Source: an uncultured Actinomycetota bacterium (lineage in GTDB: Bacteria > Actinomycetota > UBA4738 > HRBIN12). From it: a DNA stretch of 64,000 nt. The notes beneath the pieces are model-generated. The model was not told the DNA's origin and did no database searches. It saw nothing but the letters and a program-made list of their open reading frames with translations. Positions 1 to 8,735 of this stretch are shown one piece after another; position 1 is the stretch's first letter, and the number at the start of each line of letters is the position of its first letter. The stretch is from NCBI GenBank assembly GCA_963762745.1, contig CAVXMB010000005.1, forward strand, positions 146,536-210,535, written 5' to 3'. Both the position numbers and the translations under genes were made by a program.

Positions 1-2
1 CC

Positions 3-1517
3 GAGAATCAGCGCCACAACGAGACCGGCGAGGCCTTCTCGCTCGACTATCGCGTCTATCGGAAGGACGGCCGGATCGTCTGGATCCACGACGAGGCGAA
101 GATGATCCGGGATGAACGCGGGGTGCCGACCTTCTCGCTCGGCCTGATGATCGACGTCACGGAGATGAAGAGAGGCGACGAGAAGGTCGCCTTCCTGACG
201 TATCACGACGAACTGACCGGTCTGCCGAGTCGCGCGATGTTCGAGGAGCTCTTGGAGCTCTCGATCTCCCGCGCGCGCCATCACGAGGCGTCTGTGGCCG
301 TCATCTGCGTCGACATCGATGACTTCCGCCTGGTGAACGACTCGCTGGGGCGTCTGGCGGGCGACGAGGTCCTGAACGTGGTTGCCGGTCGCCTCCGAGA
401 GGCGGCGCGCGAGACGGACCTCGTGGCGCGGCGATCCGGCGACACGTTCCTCCTCCTGCTGGCGGACCTCGAACGAGAGGGCGACGACGTGGAGCTCGCG
501 GTCGCCAGGGCAGAGACGGTGGCACAGCGGATCCTGGATTCGCTCGCGGTCCCGTTCCGCGCCGGCGGCACCGAGCTCTACGTGTCCGCATCGATCGGGA
601 TCAGCCTGTTCCCCCAAGACGGGGACGAGACGGGCAGCCTCCTCCGCAACGCGGAGGCCGCGATGCTGGAGTCCAAGAAGGGCGGCCATGCCTACGTCGT
701 CTCCAACCGAGGAGCGCTCGACTCCTCGGCGAAGCTCCGCTTCGTGACCAGGCTGCGGAAAGCCGTGGAGAGCCAGCGCTGGACGCTCCACTACCAGCCG
801 ATCCTGGAGCTCGCGACCGGACGCATGCACGGCGTCGAAGCGCTGATCCGCTGGATGGAACCGGACGGCACGATGATCCCGCCGGGCGACTTCATCCCCG
901 TGGCCGAGGAGCTGGGTCTGATCGAGGCGATCGGGGATTGGGTCGTGCGGGAGCTCGTCTACCAGGCCCAGGCATGGCGCGAGCTCGACATCGATCTCGA
1001 GATGAGCTTCAACCTCTCGCCTCGCCAGTTCTGGCAGCCGGACCTGGCGAAGGGGATCCTCGAACGGATCCGAGAGGGTGGCATCGATCCCTCGAAGGTG
1101 GTGGTCGAGATCACCGAGTCCTCCGCGATGACCGATCCGGACAAAGCCCAGGCGATCCTCGAGGATCTGCACGCAGGCGGATTGCGCATCGCGATCGACG
1201 ATTTCGGCACGGGCTACTCCTCGCTCGCGCGGATCCGCGACATGCCGGTGGACGTGCTGAAGATCGATCGTTCGTTCGTGAGCGGGGTGGACGTCGATCC
1301 CCAGAACCAGAGCATCGTGTCCGCCTTCATCGAGCTGGCCCGAGGATTGGGCATGACGACGCTCGCCGAGGGGATCGAGACCGAGGGCGAGCTCGCGTTC
1401 GTCCTGGAGCGCGGCTGCGTCATGGGTCAGGGCTTCTACTTCTCGAAGCCCGTCCCGCCGGAGGAGATCATCGCGCTCGCGCTCGGTGGTCTGCCCGCCG
1501 TGAGCAAAGCCGTCTAG
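3..1517 (+). CDS. PAS-GGDEF(degenerate)-EAL c-di-GMP phosphodiesterase, 5' truncated by the window edge
   Basis: Open frame from nt 3 (PAC-like DYRVYRKDGRIVWIHDE); HDELTGLP; GGDEF site reads SGDTF; VEALIRW and IDDFGTGYSSL EAL motifs. Confidence 0.92.
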   Translation, partial: ENQRHNETGEAFSLDYRVYRKDGRIVWIHDEAKMIRDERGVPTFSLGLMIDVTEMKRGDEKVAFLTYHDELTGLPSRAMFEELLELSISRARHHEASVAVICVDIDDFRLVNDSLGRLAGDEVLNVVAGRLREAARETDLVARRSGDTFLLLLADLEREGDDVELAVARAETVAQRILDSLAVPFRAGGTELYVSASIGISLFPQDGDETGSLLRNAEAAMLESKKGGHAYVVSNRGALDSSAKLRFVTRLRKAVESQRWTLHYQPILELATGRMHGVEALIRWMEPDGTMIPPGDFIPVAEELGLIEAIGDWVVRELVYQAQAWRELDIDLEMSFNLSPRQFWQPDLAKGILERIREGGIDPSKVVVEITESSAMTDPDKAQAILEDLHAGGLRIAIDDFGTGYSSLARIRDMPVDVLKIDRSFVSGVDVDPQNQSIVSAFIELARGLGMTTLAEGIETEGELAFVLERGCVMGQGFYFSKPVPPEEIIALALGGLPAVSKAV

Positions 1518-1532
1518 CCCGGACGAGAGACC

Positions 1533-3380
1533 TCAGCGCCGGCCGAGCGCCTCTCGCACGGTCTCGACGATGGCGTCGGCGTCGATCCCCGCCCATGCAC
1601 GGAGCTCTTCGGGTGATCCCGATCCGGGCAATTCGGTCACCGCGAGCTTGATCACGCGGCCGGTCAGGTCGCCAGAGCCCGCGAGCGCGTCCAGTACCGC
1701 GTCGCCGAGCCCGCCCTCGATCCGGTGGTCCTCGACGACGACGAGCACTCCGATGTCGTCGGCGGCGGCTCGCACGGCGGCTGCGTCGATCGGCTTCACG
1801 CTGTAGCAATCGAGCACGCGAGCGGAGACGCCGTCGGCGGCGAGACGATCGGCGGCGCGCAACGACTCGTGGAGCGTGATCCCCGCGCCGATCAGCGCGA
1901 CGTCGGAGCCCTCGCGGAGCCTCTTGGAGCCGCCGACCGGGAACGCTTCGTCCGGTCCGTAAAGCGACGGCGTCGCCTCCCGCGTCGTCCGGATGTAGGA
2001 GATCCCGGGAAGATCCGCCATCCCGGTGACGAGCCTGACGGTCGCGTTCCCGTCGGCGGGGTACAGGACGGTCGATCCGTTGATCGCGCGGAGCGCCGCC
2101 AGGTCCTCCAGCGCCATCTGGGACGGCCCGTCCTCGCCGATCGACACACCCGCGTGCGAGCCGCAGAGCCGAAGATCGGCTCGGCCGATCGCCGCCATGC
2201 GGATCTGGTCGTACGCGCGGGTCAGGAACGCCCCGAACGTCGCCGAGAAGGCGGCCTTGCCGAGCGCCTGCATCCCGGTCTGCGCGCCGACCATCGTCTG
2301 CTCGGCGATATACATCTGGAAGAAGCGCTCCGGGGCGACCGCCTCGACGTCCTCGGTGTGGGTGGAGTTGCCGACCTCGCCGTCGAGGACGACGAGGTCG
2401 GGACGCTCTCCGGCGAGCCACGCGAGGGTCTCGCCGAACGCCTTCCGCGTGGCGATCGCCTCGACGTAGGTGGGCGCGGGCGCGCCGGCAGGCGCGCCCG
2501 CGCCCACCGGCATCCACGGCTCTGGCTTCGGAGGCGTGATCGTGAGCGAACGGATGCCCCCGAGCTCCTCGATCGCCCGCTCGGCCATCTCCGGCGGCAG
2601 CGCTTTGCCGTGCCAGCCGTCCTTGTCGGCCACCTCGGAGACGCCGTGGCCCTTCTCGGTGCGCGCCACGATCATCGTGGGCCGGTCGTCCTCGGTCGCG
2701 GTCCGGTAAGCCCGGTCGATCGCCACGACGTCGTGTCCGTCGATCGCGATCGCGTTCCACCCGAACGCCTTCGCTCTGGAGACGAAGACGTCGGAGTCCC
2801 ACCCGTGCATCGTCGGTCCTCGCTGCCCCAGACGATTGAGGTCGAGCACGATCGTCAGGTTGGTGGCCTCGTGATGCGATGCGGCCTCCATCGCCTCCCA
2901 GACGGATCCCTCCGCCGTCTCCGAGTCTCCGACCATGACCCACACCCGCGCGGGGCTCTCGTCCAGCCGCATCGCGAGCGCCATCCCGAGGCCGATCGCC
3001 GGTCCCTGCCCGAGCGAGCCGGTCGCCGCCTCGACCCACGGCAGCTCCGGGGACGGTGCAGGGTGCCCCTGGATCGGGGAGCCGAACTTCCGCAACGACA
3101 GCAGCATCGTGTCGTCGATCGCCCCGATCGCTTTCAGCGCGGCGTACAACACGGGCGCGGCGTGTCCCTTGGAGAGCACGAACCGATCGTTGGCCGGGCT
3201 TCTCGGATCGGAGAGGTCGGTCCGAAGGTGGTCTGCGAAGAGTACCGCGACCAGGTGCGCGGCCGAGAGCGAGGACGTGGGGTGGCCGGAGCCTGCCTCG
3301 GTGGTGGATCGGATGCTGTCCACGCCGAGCTGGGCGGCGAGTTCGTTCCAGAGCTGCGTGCGGTCGTCCATGTCGTTCAT
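1533..3380 (-). CDS. tkt: Transketolase (single-chain, ~615 aa)
   Basis: SGHPTSSLS, DRFVLSKGHA, QGHP, TGSLGQG, TPP motif GDSETAEGSVWE, IAEQ, SIGEDGPSQ; ATG at 3380 with GGAG upstream. Confidence 0.93.
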   Translation of the reverse strand: MNDMDDRTQLWNELAAQLGVDSIRSTTEAGSGHPTSSLSAAHLVAVLFADHLRTDLSDPRSPANDRFVLSKGHAAPVLYAALKAIGAIDDTMLLSLRKFGSPIQGHPAPSPELPWVEAATGSLGQGPAIGLGMALAMRLDESPARVWVMVGDSETAEGSVWEAMEAASHHEATNLTIVLDLNRLGQRGPTMHGWDSDVFVSRAKAFGWNAIAIDGHDVVAIDRAYRTATEDDRPTMIVARTEKGHGVSEVADKDGWHGKALPPEMAERAIEELGGIRSLTITPPKPEPWMPVGAGAPAGAPAPTYVEAIATRKAFGETLAWLAGERPDLVVLDGEVGNSTHTEDVEAVAPERFFQMYIAEQTMVGAQTGMQALGKAAFSATFGAFLTRAYDQIRMAAIGRADLRLCGSHAGVSIGEDGPSQMALEDLAALRAINGSTVLYPADGNATVRLVTGMADLPGISYIRTTREATPSLYGPDEAFPVGGSKRLREGSDVALIGAGITLHESLRAADRLAADGVSARVLDCYSVKPIDAAAVRAAADDIGVLVVVEDHRIEGGLGDAVLDALAGSGDLTGRVIKLAVTELPGSGSPEELRAWAGIDADAIVETVREALGRR

Positions 3381-3404
3381 TTCGCTCCCGTGATCGTCGC
3401 CGGC

Positions 3405-3458
3405 GACGAGAGAGTACCGGGCGGCGGCCCGGACCCGGTTCTCGGCGGTACTCTCGTC
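3405..3458. promoter_or_regulatory. Symmetric divergent promoter region between tkt and the DEAD-box helicase (TACTCT -10 box on each strand inside an inverted repeat)
   Basis: gagagtaccg (3410-3419) and cggtactctc (3446-3455) form a perfect 10-bp inverted repeat, each arm containing TACTCT. Confidence 0.55.
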
Positions 3459-3473
3459 ACAGGAGCATGCGTG

Positions 3474-4664
3474 ATGACGACCTTCCGTGACCTGGGTGTG
3501 TCCGACGAGGTGGTTCGCGCCCTGGCAGCGCGCGGGATCGAGGCTCCGTTCCCGATCCAGATCATGGTGATCGAGGACGCGACCTCGGGACGGGACACCC
3601 TCGCGAGGTCGAAGACGGGGTCCGGCAAGACGCTCGGGTTCGCGATCCCCATCGTCGATCAGGTCGACCCCGCGACCGACCGCCGGCCGGCCGCGCTCGT
3701 GCTCACGCCCACGCGGGAGCTCGCCCAACAGGTGAGCGACGCGTTCGAGGACATCGCCAAGGCGAAAGGTCTGCGCGTCATGGCCGTGTACGGCGGGACG
3801 AAGGTCCGCGAGCAATCGAAAGGGGTCGGATCGGCTCACATCCTGATCGCGACGCCGGGACGTCTGGACGACCTCGTGGAACGTGGGCTCGTCCGCTTGG
3901 ATGGCGTCGAGATCCTGGTGCTCGACGAAGCCGACCGCATGCTCGACATGGGCTTCCAACCGCAGGTCGACCGCATCGTGCGGCGGCTGCCGAAGGATCG
4001 TCAGACGATGTTCTTCTCCGCGACGCTCGACGGCGCGATCGGCAGGATGGCGGACGTCTACACGCGCAACCCGGTGCGGCACGAGGTCGACATGGGCGAG
4101 CTGCGGTTCGTCGAGGAGGCCGATCACCGGTTCATCCCGGTCGCGCCGCAAGAGAAGCTCCTGACGCTCGTCCGGCTGGCCTCGGAGTCGGAGGGATCGA
4201 CGCTCGTGTTCGTGAACACGAAGCGCGCGGTCGACCATCTGGCTCGGCAGCTCCGCGCGGAAGGGGTGCCGGTCGTCGCGATGCACGGGGACATGACGCA
4301 GCAAGCGCGGGAGAGCGCGCTGCACCGCTTCGAAGAGGGATTCGTCGGGATCCTGGTCGCGACCGACGTGGCCGCGCGCGGACTCGACCTCGAGCGGATC
4401 ACGCTCGTCGTGAACTACGACCCGCCGAAGGACGACAAGGGCTACGTCCACCGGGTCGGCCGCACGGCGAGGGCGGGCCGTGCCGGGACCAGCATCACTT
4501 TCGTCACGCCCGAGCAGTTGGGCGACGTGAGTCGCATGGCAGCGAGGCTGGATCTCCACTCGGAGTTCGAGCAGGAGGGCATGAAGGTCGCACCACCTCG
4601 TGTCGTCTTCAGCGGTGGCGCGAGGGGCAAGCGGAGCGGTCTGCGACCGCGTCGCCGCCGCTGA
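3474..4664 (+). CDS. DEAD-box RNA helicase
   Basis: Q motif PFPIQ, SKTGSGKT, PTRELA, TPGRL, DEAD, SAT, TDVAARGLD, HRVGRTARAG; AGGAG RBS at 3461. Confidence 0.95.
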   Translation: MTTFRDLGVSDEVVRALAARGIEAPFPIQIMVIEDATSGRDTLARSKTGSGKTLGFAIPIVDQVDPATDRRPAALVLTPTRELAQQVSDAFEDIAKAKGLRVMAVYGGTKVREQSKGVGSAHILIATPGRLDDLVERGLVRLDGVEILVLDEADRMLDMGFQPQVDRIVRRLPKDRQTMFFSATLDGAIGRMADVYTRNPVRHEVDMGELRFVEEADHRFIPVAPQEKLLTLVRLASESEGSTLVFVNTKRAVDHLARQLRAEGVPVVAMHGDMTQQARESALHRFEEGFVGILVATDVAARGLDLERITLVVNYDPPKDDKGYVHRVGRTARAGRAGTSITFVTPEQLGDVSRMAARLDLHSEFEQEGMKVAPPRVVFSGGARGKRSGLRPRRRR

Positions 4665-4673
4665 TCTGCAGCC

Positions 4674-6896
4674 TCAGCCTGCCGCGCCGCCCTCCACGAC
4701 GCGGAGCGCGGCGCGCCGGTGGATCGCGACGATCTCGTCCGCGGGGACCGGGCGAGAGAAGAAGTAGCCCTGGCCCCGCTCGCACCCGCGCTCGACGAGG
4801 GCGCGCCATTCGGCCTCCGTCTCGATCCCTTCGGCGAGCGAGGTCATTCCGAGGTTGGACGCGAGTGCGACCATGGCCGACACCATGCTCCCGTTCTGCT
4901 CGTCACGATCCAGCTCCCGGACGAAGGATCGGTCGATCTTGAGTACGTCGACCGGCATGTAGCGGAGACGGGCGAGCGACGAATAGCCGGTCCCGAAATC
5001 GTCGATCGCGAGCTTCAGACCGCGAGCGTGCAGCTCGTGCAGGATGCCCAGCGTTCGATCGGGATTCGTCATCGCGGTGGATTCGGTGATCTCGACGGTG
5101 ACCCGGCTCGGGTCCATCCCGGACCCGAGGATCGGTACCACGATGCGGTCGGCGACGTCGTCCTGCCAGAGCTGTCGAGGCGAGAGGTTGAAGGAGATGT
5201 TCAGGTCGAGCCCCTCCTCGCGCCACATCCGATCCTGCCGGCAGACCTCGTCGATCACCCACGCGCCGATCGCATCGATCAAGCCCATCTCTTCGGCCAA
5301 GGGGATGAAGTCACCAGGAGGGACGAGACCCCCGTTGGGCTCTGGCCAGCGGATCAACGCCTCGACGCCGATCACCCCGGCGGTGTCGAGGTCGATCAGC
5401 GGCTGGTAGTGCAGCATCCACTGTTCCTGTTCGACGGCCCGGCGGAGGCGCGTCGAGAGCGAAAGTCTGACGATCGAGTCGGCGTTGTCCTTGGCGTGGA
5501 GGACGTAGCCTCCGGGGCCTGAACGCTTTGACCGGAACATCGCGGTCTCGGCGTTCTTGAGCAAGGTCGCCGCATCCGGGGCGTCCTCGGGGAACAGGCT
5601 GATCCCGAGGCTCGCGGTGATGTAGAGCTCCGTCTCCCCCACCTTGAACGGGGTGCGCAACGCTTCCTGGACCCTGAGTGCCACGGACTCTGCGGCAACC
5701 GACACGCCTTCGTGGCCTCCGGGGACCACAGGGGTCTGGTCGAGATCGGCCAGCAGGAGGAGGAACTCGTCCCCACCGGGCCGGGCCACGAGGTCGGTCT
5801 CGCGGGTCGCATCGCTCAGCCTCTGCGCGAACTGCACCAGCAGCGCGTCGCCCGCCTCGTGGCCGAGAGAGTCGTTCACCAGCTTGAAGTCGTCGAGGTC
5901 CACCGTCACGACGACGACGCCGAGGTTGTGCCGCTTCGCCCGGGCGAGCGCGAGACCGAGGAGCTCGTCGAACATCGTCCGGTTCGGGAGTCCCGTGAGC
6001 TTGTCGTGATACGCGAGGAAGGCGATGCGCTCCTCTGCGACCTTGCCGTCGGTGATGTCCAGCATCACGCCCTGGATGTATTCCGCCTGGCCGAGCGCAT
6101 CGGTGAGCACGATCGCGCTGTCCCGGAACCAGACCGTCCTGCCGTTCTTCGCTAGGAGGCGGTATTCGAAGACGAACGGGCCGCCGGCCTCCCGACCCCG
6201 CAGGTACGTCGCCATCGCCTCTTCACGGTCGTCCGGGTGCAGGATGTTCTCCCAGAGCTGCGGATCGTCGATGTACTCGTGCGGCTGGTAGCCGAGGATG
6301 GCCTCGATCTGCGGGCTCACGTAGGTCGTCGACATGTCCTCGTCGGCGACGTCGACGTACACGATCGCCGGGATCTGCTCCACCAGGGCTCCGTACTTCG
6401 ACTTCGCCTCGTGGAGCTCGGCTTGCGTCTTGATCAGCTCGGTGACGTCCAACATCAGGCCGAGCCAGTGGAGCGCGTGCCCTGCCTCGTCGACGATCAG
6501 CACCGCGTCCTCCCGGACCCACACCGTGTGGCCGTCGGGATGCACCACGCGATACTCAGCTCTGAACGGCTCGCCGGTCCGCACCGCGCGCTCGCTCTCC
6601 GCCGTCACTCTGTCCAGGTCCTCGGGGTGGACGGTGTCCGCCCATGCGTACGGTCTGCTCAGGAACTGCTCCCTCGAGATCCCAAGCAGATCGATCACGC
6701 TGGGACTCACGTCGATCATCGGTTCGTTCTCGTCCACGCCATCGACGTAGAGGACGGCGGGGAGTTGATCGATGATCCCTCGATACCGGATCTCGAGCTC
6801 GCGGAGGCGTTCGTCCGTTGCGCCTGAGGGTGGTTCGAAGTAGCCCTCTCGGGTCGACGATCGTTCTGTAGAGGTCGCTTCTTTCTCGCTCGTCAT
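4674..6896 (-). CDS. PAS-PAS-GGDEF-EAL diguanylate cyclase/phosphodiesterase
   Basis: Two PAS_3-like repeats (VHPEDL, LHPDDR), intact GGDEF, EAL and DDFGTGYSS. Confidence 0.94.
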   Translation of the reverse strand: MTSEKEATSTERSSTREGYFEPPSGATDERLRELEIRYRGIIDQLPAVLYVDGVDENEPMIDVSPSVIDLLGISREQFLSRPYAWADTVHPEDLDRVTAESERAVRTGEPFRAEYRVVHPDGHTVWVREDAVLIVDEAGHALHWLGLMLDVTELIKTQAELHEAKSKYGALVEQIPAIVYVDVADEDMSTTYVSPQIEAILGYQPHEYIDDPQLWENILHPDDREEAMATYLRGREAGGPFVFEYRLLAKNGRTVWFRDSAIVLTDALGQAEYIQGVMLDITDGKVAEERIAFLAYHDKLTGLPNRTMFDELLGLALARAKRHNLGVVVVTVDLDDFKLVNDSLGHEAGDALLVQFAQRLSDATRETDLVARPGGDEFLLLLADLDQTPVVPGGHEGVSVAAESVALRVQEALRTPFKVGETELYITASLGISLFPEDAPDAATLLKNAETAMFRSKRSGPGGYVLHAKDNADSIVRLSLSTRLRRAVEQEQWMLHYQPLIDLDTAGVIGVEALIRWPEPNGGLVPPGDFIPLAEEMGLIDAIGAWVIDEVCRQDRMWREEGLDLNISFNLSPRQLWQDDVADRIVVPILGSGMDPSRVTVEITESTAMTNPDRTLGILHELHARGLKLAIDDFGTGYSSLARLRYMPVDVLKIDRSFVRELDRDEQNGSMVSAMVALASNLGMTSLAEGIETEAEWRALVERGCERGQGYFFSRPVPADEIVAIHRRAALRVVEGGAAG

Positions 6897-6941
6897 GGGT
6901 CGGCGCATCGCAGCCGCGAGGGCGGCTGGCTCCTCATGGAA

Positions 6942-6969
6942 GCATCGGCCGCAGCCGGGGGAGACTTGA
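6942..6969 (-). promoter_or_regulatory. Putative sigma-28 family (WhiG/FliA-like) promoter
   Basis: Minus strand TCAAG-N15-GCCGATGC about 45 nt upstream of the DGC/PDE start. Confidence 0.55.
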
Positions 6970-7008
6970 CCGCTCGCGCGAGCCCTGGTGGGCGGGGTTG
7001 CGCCCTCG

Positions 7009-7872
7009 CTAGCAGGCGTTCTCGTCGGGCAGGAGGGGCCTGAATAGCATCGAGAAGCTCGTGCCGCCGTCCGTCCACGGGGTGAGCTCGTTCGCTCGGG
7101 AAGCAGCCTGGTGCACCGCCGTCCAGTCCTCCCCGTCGACCACGCCGCACCGATAGGCGTCTCCGGGGGCCACCGGGTCGCCGAAGCGATCCAGCCGGCC
7201 TTCCAGCGGCCATGGGACGGGCTCCTGGGCCAGGTCGTCGACCTCGCGGTAGTTGCCCACGAACAGGCGCGCGGAGGTTGCTTCGTAGGCGGCCTCAGGA
7301 CCGAGCGACCCCTCGGGGATCCACGACTCGAGCGATCCCAGCTTGGTGACGAGCTCCGCGAGCCGCAGGCGGGCCTGGTATTCAGGCTCCGGCATGCCCT
7401 CCGGTCGCTCGGTCAGCTCGGAGAGCGCGTACGCACGGATCGTGCGATCCACGCCTCCGGCGGAGACGGTGATCACGGTCGTGTGGGCGTCGGCGATCCC
7501 CATGAAACCGAGGTCGTCCAGATCGGCCGGGACGTCTTCGATCGCGGCGAGCGACTCTTCGAGGATCGCCTGGACGCCGGCCTCATCGATCCGACGGCTC
7601 GACATCGCGGGGAGCGCGGGGCCCGGATAGATCTCGATCTGCGCGCCGGGGAGCACGAGCGTGCCGTCTCCGTAGAGCGCGAAGATCGGGAAGTTGGTGT
7701 ACGTCCATTCGACGGGGGTGAATCCCCCTTCGAACGCGACGCGGACGAGCACGTGATCGGGGGCGGGGCTGTGGTCGATCCCGTTTCCTGCGGCCGGATC
7801 GACGGGCGCGTCGGCACAGGCGACGAGCATGAGCAAGAGCGTGAGGGACGCAGCGGCGGGGCGGACCTTCAT
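7009..7872 (-). CDS. Hypothetical lipoprotein
   Basis: Signal peptide with lipobox LVAC; GGAGG RBS; typical codon usage. Confidence 0.8.
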   Translation of the reverse strand: MKVRPAAASLTLLLMLVACADAPVDPAAGNGIDHSPAPDHVLVRVAFEGGFTPVEWTYTNFPIFALYGDGTLVLPGAQIEIYPGPALPAMSSRRIDEAGVQAILEESLAAIEDVPADLDDLGFMGIADAHTTVITVSAGGVDRTIRAYALSELTERPEGMPEPEYQARLRLAELVTKLGSLESWIPEGSLGPEAAYEATSARLFVGNYREVDDLAQEPVPWPLEGRLDRFGDPVAPGDAYRCGVVDGEDWTAVHQAASRANELTPWTDGGTSFSMLFRPLLPDENAC

Positions 7873-7903
7873 GGGTGCCTCCGGTGTCGAGAGTTGGGGC
7901 TTC

Positions 7904-7930
7904 GACGCTCCATGCGGCCTAGGTGGTTCC
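7904..7930 (-). promoter_or_regulatory. Putative ECF-sigma promoter for the lipoprotein gene
   Basis: Minus strand GGAACC-N17-CGTC overlapping the TetR stop codon. Confidence 0.5.
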
Positions 7931-8608
7931 TGAGCCCTTCCGTTGATCGGCCGGCCGGACCTTCGCTTCGAGCCCTCCGATCAGGAGGTCGAGGCCGAAT
8001 TCGAACTGCTCGTCCGGATCGCACTCCGCGAAATAGGGCGAGCACGCCTGCAGCACCGCGAACTCGCCCGGGAGCGCGGCCGCGAGCTCCGCGTGCGCCT
8101 TCATGTGGATCTCGTCCCCTCCGCCTGCGATCGACCCGAGCTCCATCATCACGAAGCCCTGGATGTAGCCGCCGAACACATGGAACGCCTGCGCCGTGTC
8201 GCGATCGGACAGGCCGCACGACCGCAGGAGCGTGAGCGCGTATTCCATCGGACGCATCGAGTCGATCGAACGGATGGGACCTCGTTGCTCGGCGAACAGG
8301 CGCATCACTGCCGGGTGCGCTTGCAGGAGACGCCGCCACGCACGCGCCCCCCGCCGGCAGTTCTCGGCCCAGTCGTCGACGAGCTCGGGGAAGTCGAAAT
8401 CTGCCATCACTCGCTCGCAGATCCCGTCGAGGAGGTCCTCCTTGTCCTCGACGTGGTGGTACAGCGACATCGCTTCGACGCCGACCTCGCGTGCCACCCT
8501 CCTCATCGAGACGGCCTCGAGACCCTCCTCATCCATCACACGAAGCGCCGCCTCGACCACGCGATCGCGTGTCAGCGGCTCTCGAGTCCCCACTTCGTTC
8601 GTCTTCAC
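7919..8608 (-). CDS. TetR family regulator with TetR_C-like C-terminal domain
   Basis: LTRDRVVEAAL...GLEAVSMRRVARE VGVEAMSLYHHV.DKEDLL HTH; C-terminal FEFGLDLLIGGL. Confidence 0.93.
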   Translation of the reverse strand: MKTNEVGTREPLTRDRVVEAALRVMDEEGLEAVSMRRVAREVGVEAMSLYHHVEDKEDLLDGICERVMADFDFPELVDDWAENCRRGARAWRRLLQAHPAVMRLFAEQRGPIRSIDSMRPMEYALTLLRSCGLSDRDTAQAFHVFGGYIQGFVMMELGSIAGGGDEIHMKAHAELAAALPGEFAVLQACSPYFAECDPDEQFEFGLDLLIGGLEAKVRPADQRKGSGTT

Positions 8609-8637
8609 GTCGCTCCCAGCGCTTCCTCGGTTCGGGG

Positions 8638-8693
8638 TTGACAGGCTTACGTTGTACGCCTACCCTCCGTACATCGTAAGCATACGCTGTACG
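8638..8693 (+). promoter_or_regulatory. Housekeeping-sigma promoter of the MMPL gene overlapped by three TetR-type operators
   Basis: TTGACA (8638-8643)-N17-TACCCT (8661-8666); TAC-N3-GTA palindromes at 8646-8658, 8668-8680 and 8681-8693. Confidence 0.75.
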
Positions 8694-8735
8694 TTCCGCA
8701 ACCGCATGCAAGACAAGAACAGAGGGGAGCCGAAG

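Noticed and set aside
1533-4664. Two overlapping ~1000-aa antiparallel ORFs
   Set aside because: Each is a real gene (tkt or the helicase) extended by the stop-free antisense shadow of the other, which is common at high GC.
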